From: Synechococcus sp.
GTDB lineage: Bacteria; Cyanobacteriota; Cyanobacteriia; PCC-6307; Cyanobiaceae
DNA: 64,000 bases
Assembly: GCA_047285805.1 (NCBI GenBank)
Contig: JBJBCN010000003.1
Location: 416,001 to 480,000, forward strand
Direction: 5' to 3'
Shown: piece after piece, positions 56,757-64,000 of the stretch
How the letters are laid out: each line of letters opens with the position of its first letter
How positions within the stretch are numbered: position 1 is the stretch's first letter
Translations under genes and position numbers: made by a program
Notes under the pieces: generated by a model
Databases searched by the model: none
Told to the model about the DNA's origin: nothing
Seen by the model: only the letters and a program-made list of their open reading frames with translations

Positions 56757-57946
56757 TGCCCGATCTGCTCTCCCGCGATCAGCTCAAGGCGGAGGTCAAG
56801 GCCGCCCAGCAGGAGCTTCTGGTGATACGGCGGCATTTGCATGCCCATCCGGAACTCAGTGGTAATGAGCATCAGACCGCCGCGTTGGTCGCCGGTGAGC
56901 TGCGCAAGCTGGGCTGGCGGGTCCAGGAAGGGGTTGGCCGCACCGGGGTAGTGGCCGAGCTCGGCCCACACGCAGGGCCGGTCGTGGCCCTGCGTGTGGA
57001 TATGGACGCGCTGCCTGTCGAGGAGCGCACCGGCCTGCCCTATGCCTCGTTGAATCAGGGCTTGATGCACGCCTGCGGCCACGACATCCACACGACTGTG
57101 GGGTTGGGTGTGGCTCGGATCCTTGGACCCTTGGCTGAGCGGCTAGGTGGCACGGTGCGATTGCTGTTTCAACCGGCCGAGGAGACTGCGCAAGGGGCCG
57201 CCTGGATGGTCGCCGATGGGGCGATGCAGGGGGTGGATGCCCTGTTTGGGGTGCATGTCTTCCCGTGCCTGCCGGTGGGCACGATTGGGGTGCGCAGCGG
57301 CAGCCTGACCGCGGCGGCGGGGGAGTTGGAGGTGGAGGTGTTGGGCCAGGGTGGCCATGGGGCCCGTCCCCACCAGAGCACCGATGCCATCTGGATTGCG
57401 GCACGGGTGGTGAGCGGCTTGCAAGAGGCGATCAGCCGCAGGCTGGATGCCCTGCATCCCGTGGTGGTCAGCTTTGGCCGGATTGAAGGGGGGAAGGCGT
57501 TCAACGTGATCGCCGATCACGTGCGCTTGCTGGGAACGGTCCGTTGCCTGGATTTGGACCTCCATGCCCAGTTGCCGGGTTGGATTGAGGAGACCGTGCA
57601 GGCCATCTGCAAGGGCTATGGCGGCGAGGCCCGGGTGCGCTACCGCTGCATCTCACCGCCTGTCCACAACGACGCTGAGCTGACCCAGCTGCTGGCCGAT
57701 GAGGCGGTAGCTCTGCTGGGACGCTCGCGGGTCGAATGGCTCGATCAGCCCTCGCTTGGGGCTGAGGACTTTGCGGAGTTGCAGCGGGAGACCCCGAGCA
57801 CGATGTTCCGTCTCGGGGTGGCGGGACCTGGTGGCTGCACACCGCTGCACAGCAACACCTTTGCCGCTGACGAGGACTCTTTGGCCGTGGGCGTTCAGGT
57901 GTTGAGCGCGAGTTTGCTGCGCTGGTTGGAGCGGGCCGCGGCATGA
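56756..57946 (+). CDS. M20 family amidohydrolase
   Basis: HAHPELS, RVDMDALP, MHACGHD, FQPAEE, GGHGA.PH, AEDFA. Confidence 0.93.
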   Translation: MPDLLSRDQLKAEVKAAQQELLVIRRHLHAHPELSGNEHQTAALVAGELRKLGWRVQEGVGRTGVVAELGPHAGPVVALRVDMDALPVEERTGLPYASLNQGLMHACGHDIHTTVGLGVARILGPLAERLGGTVRLLFQPAEETAQGAAWMVADGAMQGVDALFGVHVFPCLPVGTIGVRSGSLTAAAGELEVEVLGQGGHGARPHQSTDAIWIAARVVSGLQEAISRRLDALHPVVVSFGRIEGGKAFNVIADHVRLLGTVRCLDLDLHAQLPGWIEETVQAICKGYGGEARVRYRCISPPVHNDAELTQLLADEAVALLGRSRVEWLDQPSLGAEDFAELQRETPSTMFRLGVAGPGGCTPLHSNTFAADEDSLAVGVQVLSASLLRWLERAAA

Positions 57947-58158
57947 CCCCGATGAGTCGACTGGGACGAGATCTGCTGGCTTGTTCCACGCTGCTTTTGG
58001 TTGTGCTAGGGCTGCTCGGCATACTGCTGCGTCAGGGGCCGGACCGCCTGCAAGCCCTACCGGCCCTTTTGATTGGATTGGCCCTCTTGCTCCAGAGCGC
58101 CTGGAGTTGGCGCCGTCGGCGCCGCTCCATCCTTGGCATCCTCAAAGACGAGCGGTAG
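57943..58158 (+). CDS. Small membrane protein (DUF3188-like)
   Basis: Two hydrophobic stretches flanking RQGPDRLQALP, basic tail, 4-bp overlap with the upstream gene. Confidence 0.6.
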   Translation: MTPMSRLGRDLLACSTLLLVVLGLLGILLRQGPDRLQALPALLIGLALLLQSAWSWRRRRRSILGILKDER

Positions 58159-58173
58159 AGGCAAAGTGGGCTG

Positions 58174-58746
58174 ATGAACGTTGATGACCTTCGCGAAGCG
58201 ATAGCCTCGGACAACCCTGGCCGGGCCCGTCCTGCTTTGGCCAGTCTGGTTAATGCCAGTCCCGATGAAGCTGAGCCGTTGTTGCTGTTGGGGCTTGAGC
58301 AAGACGACATGATCCTGCGTCAACTCAGTTGCTCGGGCCTGGGGCATAAGCCCACACCGGCCGGTTGGGAGCCCTTGGTGCAGACCTTGAAGAACGACTC
58401 GGAGGTGGCCGTGCGTGCTGAGGCAGCGAATGCTTTAGTCAGTCATGGCCTCAATCGGGCCTGGCCACTCCTGCTGGATGCGTTCGTCTCTGAAGATGAG
58501 TGGCTAATTCGCTGCAGCATCCTGTCGGCCGTTGCCGAGCACCCCGAGATTGCTCCTGAGCAATTGCTTCAGCTGGCGCGCTTGGCCGTCGCCCAGACCG
58601 ATGGCACGGTTCGGGTTGGAGGCACAGAAATCTTGGCTCGCTTGGTACGGGAAGGCATGGGCGAGGCGCGAGAGGTGCTGCAGGGCCTGCAGCAGGACAG
58701 CGATCATCGGGTAGTCGCGGCAGCCTTGAACGGTTTGCAGGGCTAA
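58174..58746 (+). CDS. HEAT-repeat (phycobilin lyase/NblB-like) protein
   Basis: VRAEAANAL, WLIRCSIL, DHRVVAAAL repeats. Confidence 0.8.
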   Translation: MNVDDLREAIASDNPGRARPALASLVNASPDEAEPLLLLGLEQDDMILRQLSCSGLGHKPTPAGWEPLVQTLKNDSEVAVRAEAANALVSHGLNRAWPLLLDAFVSEDEWLIRCSILSAVAEHPEIAPEQLLQLARLAVAQTDGTVRVGGTEILARLVREGMGEAREVLQGLQQDSDHRVVAAALNGLQG

Positions 58747-59744
58747 TGGCAGAAACCATGTCAGCCTTGACCCGGTGCCTACAGCAGGAGGCCGCTGCCA
58801 TCGCCGATACAGCGTCTCGCTTGAGCGTTGGACAAGTCGAGGCAGCGCTCAGGCTGCTGCAGCATTGCAGTGATCAGGGCCGCAAGTTAGTGATCAGCGG
58901 GGTCGGGAAGAGCGGCATCGTGGCCAGAAAAATTGCCGCGACCTTTTCATCGATTGGCTTAACTGCGATTTATCTCAATCCCTTGGATGCGCTCCATGGC
59001 GACTTGGGGGTTGTCGTCCAAGACGACGTTGTTTTGCTGCTCTCCAACAGCGGCGAAACCGAGGAATTGGTCCAACTGCTTCCTCACCTGAAACGCAGGG
59101 GTGTGCCGACGATTGCCTTGGTGGGCCGCCTTCAATCCAGCCTGGCTCGAGCCAGTGACGTCGTGCTGGATGGTTCCGTTGATCGCGAGGTTTGTCCGCT
59201 CAACCTGGCACCGACGGCTAGCACCGCTGTGGCCATGGCCATCGGTGATGCCTTGGCGGTGGTCTGGATGGAGCGCTCGGGGGTGTCGCCCCAGGATTTT
59301 GCCCTCAATCACCCGGCTGGCGCGTTGGGCAAGAAGCTCACGCTTACCGCGGCAGATTTGATGGTTCCCGTGGCCAGCCTCCGGGCATTGGCACCAGCGG
59401 CTCCTCTGCAAGAGGTCATTTCCGCTTTGACGGATGCCGGTGTTGGCGCCTCTTGGGTTGCCAGCCCGCAGGACGCCACGCAGCTGGTCGGTTTAATCAC
59501 GGACGGCGACTTGCGCAGGGCGCTGCAAGAGGCTGGATCTGGCGGTTGGGCCCAGTTGCAGGCGTTAGATTTAATGACCGCTGATCCGATCACTGTTCCA
59601 GGCGCCACTTTGGCGGTTGACGCGATGGAGCTGATGGAGCGCAATCGCCGCAAGGCGATTGCGGTGCTGCCGGTGGTGGCGCCATCGGGGGAGTTAGAGG
59701 GGTTGCTGCGACTGCACGATCTCGTTCAGGCCGGGTTGCGTTGA
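58746..59744 (+). CDS. kdsD: Arabinose-5-phosphate isomerase (KpsF/GutQ, SIS plus CBS)
   Basis: GVGKSG.VARKIAAT, HGDLG, SNSGET, LAPTAST, HPAGALG, TDGDLRR. Confidence 0.93.
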   Translation: MAETMSALTRCLQQEAAAIADTASRLSVGQVEAALRLLQHCSDQGRKLVISGVGKSGIVARKIAATFSSIGLTAIYLNPLDALHGDLGVVVQDDVVLLLSNSGETEELVQLLPHLKRRGVPTIALVGRLQSSLARASDVVLDGSVDREVCPLNLAPTASTAVAMAIGDALAVVWMERSGVSPQDFALNHPAGALGKKLTLTAADLMVPVASLRALAPAAPLQEVISALTDAGVGASWVASPQDATQLVGLITDGDLRRALQEAGSGGWAQLQALDLMTADPITVPGATLAVDAMELMERNRRKAIAVLPVVAPSGELEGLLRLHDLVQAGLR

Positions 59745-60298
59745 TGTGGGCTCGATGGCGCTGGAGAGGGCTTTCGAAGCGCCTAGCAAGGATCAAGCTC
59801 GTGCTGCTTGATGTGGATGGTGTGCTGACCGATGGCTCCCTCTTCTATGGGCCAGATGGGCAGCTGAGTAAACGCTTCAATGTGCGGGATGGACTAGGGA
59901 TTCGCCTGCTTCAAAACGAGGGCATCGAGGTGGCTTTTTTGAGCGGAGGCCGCGGCGGCGCCACAGAACTGAGGGCCCAACACTTAGGGATCCGCCACTG
60001 CCTGGTTGGTGCAACAGATAAGCCCCATGCTCTGACCGAGCTGTGTCAACGCGTGGGTGTAGGTCCAGAGCAGATCGTTTACGTCGGAGACGATCTCAAT
60101 GACTTGGCACTATCGGGCAGGGTCGGTTTGTTGATCGCCACGGCGGATGCTGTGGGACCTTTGCGGCGTCGCGCTGATGCGGTGCTGCGTCATCAGGGGG
60201 GCGATGGAGCGGTGCGAGAGCTCGCTGAACGCTTGTTGCAATCCCGGGGTGAGTGGGAACAGCTTTGTCGGCAGGGTTGGCGCGATCGCAACGACTAA
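59744..60298 (+). CDS. kdsC: KDO 8-phosphate phosphatase (HAD)
   Basis: LDVDGVLTDG, FNVRDGLGI, VGDDLND, GGDGAVRE. Confidence 0.93.
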   Translation: MWARWRWRGLSKRLARIKLVLLDVDGVLTDGSLFYGPDGQLSKRFNVRDGLGIRLLQNEGIEVAFLSGGRGGATELRAQHLGIRHCLVGATDKPHALTELCQRVGVGPEQIVYVGDDLNDLALSGRVGLLIATADAVGPLRRRADAVLRHQGGDGAVRELAERLLQSRGEWEQLCRQGWRDRND

Positions 60299-60304
60299 TC
60301 GCGA

Positions 60305-61075
60305 TTACAGCTCTGCAGCAGCGATCGTCCTGGCTTGTTCGAGTTGCTCAGCGGTATCAACAGACAGCGATTCCTCATCTACTTGAAAGGTGCCGATCTC
60401 AATGCCGGCTTCGATCAATCTGAGCTGCTCCAATTTCTCATGCTGCTCCAGAGGTGAAGGAGGTAGATCAGCCCATCGTTCAAGGACATCGGCCCGATAG
60501 CCGTAGATGCCAACGTGCCCCCAGTAGCTCGCATGGTCTGCCCAGTGCTCAGGATCGACGCCGCGTACATGCGGAATTGCCGAGCGCGAAAAATAAAGGG
60601 CCCGACCATCTGCTGCTAACAGGGTCTTCACCACATTGGGATTGTGGATGTTCTTGGCAGACATTCGATAGACCGGTGTCAATACCTCGGGTGTGGGATT
60701 CCGAGTGCTGAAGGCGTCAGCCATGGCATCGATCACGTGTGGATCGATGAACGGTTGATCACCCTGGACGTTGATGATCAAGCTGGATGCGGCGGATCCA
60801 CCCCATTGGCTGATCAATTGCCTGGTCACCGAGGCGATCCGCTCACTGCCGGAGGCGCATTTGGCGCTTGTGAGCAGCGCTTCAAAGCCCCAACGCTTGG
60901 CTTGTTCTAGGAGCTGGTCGCTGTCGGTACAGAGCACAACGGCTGCGGGGCTATTGGCTTGGGCGCAGCGCTCGAGCACCCGCTGCAGCATCGGTTTGCC
61001 GCCGACGTCAGCCAGCACCTTGTTGGGAAGACGGCTTGATTCCAGGCGAGCTGGAACGGCGACCAGACAATTCAT
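60305..61075 (-). CDS. kdsB: CMP-KDO synthetase
   Basis: PARLESSRLPNKVL, SGSERI, NVQGDQP, ALYFSR, HVGIYGY, EKLEQLR, SVDT. Confidence 0.95.
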   Translation of the reverse strand: MNCLVAVPARLESSRLPNKVLADVGGKPMLQRVLERCAQANSPAAVVLCTDSDQLLEQAKRWGFEALLTSAKCASGSERIASVTRQLISQWGGSAASSLIINVQGDQPFIDPHVIDAMADAFSTRNPTPEVLTPVYRMSAKNIHNPNVVKTLLAADGRALYFSRSAIPHVRGVDPEHWADHASYWGHVGIYGYRADVLERWADLPPSPLEQHEKLEQLRLIEAGIEIGTFQVDEESLSVDTAEQLEQARTIAAAEL

Positions 61076-61773
61076 CACTCAAACAAGCGGAAGGCTTCAT
61101 CACGGGCAACAAACCACTCAGCAGCCAGCGCCCCACCCATGGTCCGCTGGGCTTGAAACCAGGGACCTCCGAGGGTCCAGTGCAGGAGTGATGCTGATTT
61201 TGCCTTTTCTGGCTCCTGAACGGCCACAAGGTGATTCCAGCCATTGGGAAGTGCCCCGATTTCGTGATCCCCGGCCAGCCAGTGAAAGCGATGCAATTCG
61301 AGGCCGCTCGCGCTGTTGACGTATTCGGGTGTGAGAGCGGTGCAGCGGCTGCAGTTCAAAAGCATCAGCGAGCTCCAATTTTTTTTCGGGTAGGCGCTCT
61401 GAACTTCACCGAGAAACTTCGTGGTTTCGCCAGGCACATGCTCGTGCTGAACGCACTGCACGGCGAATCGCTCATCCCGCAGCGCCCAGAGTTCGGTGAT
61501 GTCGCCGCGGGCGAGCATGTCGCAGTCCATAAAGACGGCCCAGCCCTCGTAACCCATGAGGTGAGGCACAAGAAAGCGCGTGAAGGAGAAGGCGGTGCTT
61601 TGCTTGGGGTCACGGGGCCGCCAGTAGAGCTTCTGTGCCTCTAGTTGCGGTGTCACGAGCGGCGTGATCGCTAGGGGGACCCTGCTGTGCCGGCATAGGC
61701 TGTCGATCAAGACGTTGGTTGCGGCCCGCTCACGCGGGTCAACGCCAATGAAGATGGGGATCGGCCTGCTCAT
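61075..61773 (-). CDS. Nucleotide-diphospho-sugar transferase (GT-A, similar to plant CDI protein)
   Basis: IFIGVDPRE, STAFSFTRFLVPHL, WAVFMDCD (DxD), YPKKNWSS, LHRFHWL, HWTLGGPW. Confidence 0.82.
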   Translation of the reverse strand: MSRPIPIFIGVDPRERAATNVLIDSLCRHSRVPLAITPLVTPQLEAQKLYWRPRDPKQSTAFSFTRFLVPHLMGYEGWAVFMDCDMLARGDITELWALRDERFAVQCVQHEHVPGETTKFLGEVQSAYPKKNWSSLMLLNCSRCTALTPEYVNSASGLELHRFHWLAGDHEIGALPNGWNHLVAVQEPEKAKSASLLHWTLGGPWFQAQRTMGGALAAEWFVARDEAFRLFE

Positions 61774-61782
61774 GCCTGGAGG

Positions 61783-63089
<1,307 letters not shown>

Positions 63090-63125
63090 GGCACTCAGCT
63101 GACGGCCCTTGCTAGGTTTGCTGAG

Positions 63126-63205
63126 TCACTAGGGGTGCCCCCCATGAGGGGGCTGAGATCAGACCCTCCGAACCTGATCTGGGTCATTCCGGCGCAGGGA
63201 AGTGA
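63126..63205 (+). promoter_or_regulatory. TPP riboswitch
   Basis: CACTAGGGGTGC...GGCTGAGA...ACCC...GAACCTGATCTGGGTCATTCCGGCGCAGGGAAGTG, directly upstream of thiC. Confidence 0.93.
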
Positions 63206-63249
63206 GAAGAGACACTCAGGCTGCGCCCCCGCCCAACGCCATAGCGGTT

Positions 63250-64000
63250 ATGCGTAGCGCCTGGATTGAAAATCGCAAAGGTCAAGCCAACGTCTCTCAG
63301 ATGCACTACGCCCGACAGGGGGTGGTGACAGAGGAGATGGCTTACGTGGCCAAGCGTGAGAAGCTGCCTGAGTCGCTGGTGATGGAAGAAGTGGCCCGAG
63401 GCCGCATGATCATCCCGGCCAATATCAACCACATCAACTTGGAGCCGATGGCGATCGGCATTGCCTCCAAGTGCAAGGTGAACGCCAACATCGGCGCATC
63501 ACCCAATGCTTCTGATGCCTCTGAAGAGGTCAGAAAGCTCGAGTTGGCTGTGAAGTACGGCGCTGACACCGTGATGGATCTTTCCACCGGTGGCGTGAAT
63601 CTCGATGAGGTCCGCACGGCGATTATTAACGCCTCGCCGGTGCCCATCGGGACGGTGCCTGTGTATCAAGCCCTCGAGAGCGTCCATGGCTCGATTGAGC
63701 GCCTTTCGGAAGACGACTTCCTGCACATCATTGAGAAGCACTGCCAGCAGGGCGTTGACTACCAGACCATCCACGCCGGTCTGCTGATTGAGCACCTGCC
63801 CAAGGTCAAGGGCCGCCTAACCGGGATCGTTAGCCGTGGCGGCGGAATCCTGGCTCAGTGGATGCTCTATCACCACAAGCAGAATCCGCTCTACACGCGC
63901 TTCGATGACATCTGCGAGATTTTTAAGCGCTACGACTGCACTTTCTCCTTGGGCGATTCCCTGCGTCCTGGTTGTCAGCACGACGCCTCTGACGCAGCTC
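63250..64000 (+). CDS. thiC: Phosphomethylpyrimidine synthase, 3'-truncated by the window edge and absent from the ORF track
   Basis: Hand translation gives [22 protein letters not shown]...KVNANIG...[12 protein letters not shown]...GTVPVYQ...IVSRGG...SLGDSLRPG. Confidence 0.96.
   Translation, partial: MRSAWIENRKGQANVSQMHYARQGVVTEEMAYVAKREKLPESLVMEEVARGRMIIPANINHINLEPMAIGIASKCKVNANIGASPNASDASEEVRKLELAVKYGADTVMDLSTGGVNLDEVRTAIINASPVPIGTVPVYQALESVHGSIERLSEDDFLHIIEKHCQQGVDYQTIHAGLLIEHLPKVKGRLTGIVSRGGGILAQWMLYHHKQNPLYTRFDDICEIFKRYDCTFSLGDSLRPGCQHDASDAA

Overview
GC-rich (about 60-65% by eye) picocyanobacterial chromosome, Synechococcus/Cyanobium-like (psbZ, four-ACT LysC, PlmA-type GntR, SrrA-like regulator). 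The window starts inside dnaN, probably near oriC, and ends inside thiC. It is mostly core genes: purL, purF, lysC, holA, cobH, mutS, ribH, secA, cysE, infC, miaA, gyrB, mgtE, a group 2 sigma factor, mutY, tsaE, ahcY, ssb, mreBCD, lysS, smpB and ruvB, plus tRNA-Gly(GCC) and a TPP riboswitch. Accessory modules sit among them. (1) An AT-rich four-gene glycan-modification islet between purF and lysC encodes a GT-A glycosyltransferase, a radical SAM/SPASM enzyme, an HP-motif GT-B-like protein and an orphan N-acetyl sugar amidotransferase. (2) A single-ORF Phd/YefM-PIN fusion with a degenerate nuclease site and a TGTACA-core palindrome lies at the head of the holA-lysC run. (3) An rmlACDB operon precedes secA. 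(4) An ABC exporter has mosaic base composition. (5) An ergothioneine egtBD operon has three accessory genes and a divergent cysteine synthase. (6) A membrane-anchored pseudokinase precedes smpB. (7) A Kdo cluster contains a plant-CDI-like glycosyltransferase and a HIT protein. I saw no integrase, transposase, prophage or CRISPR array. All calls come from motif recognition by eye, with no database searches.
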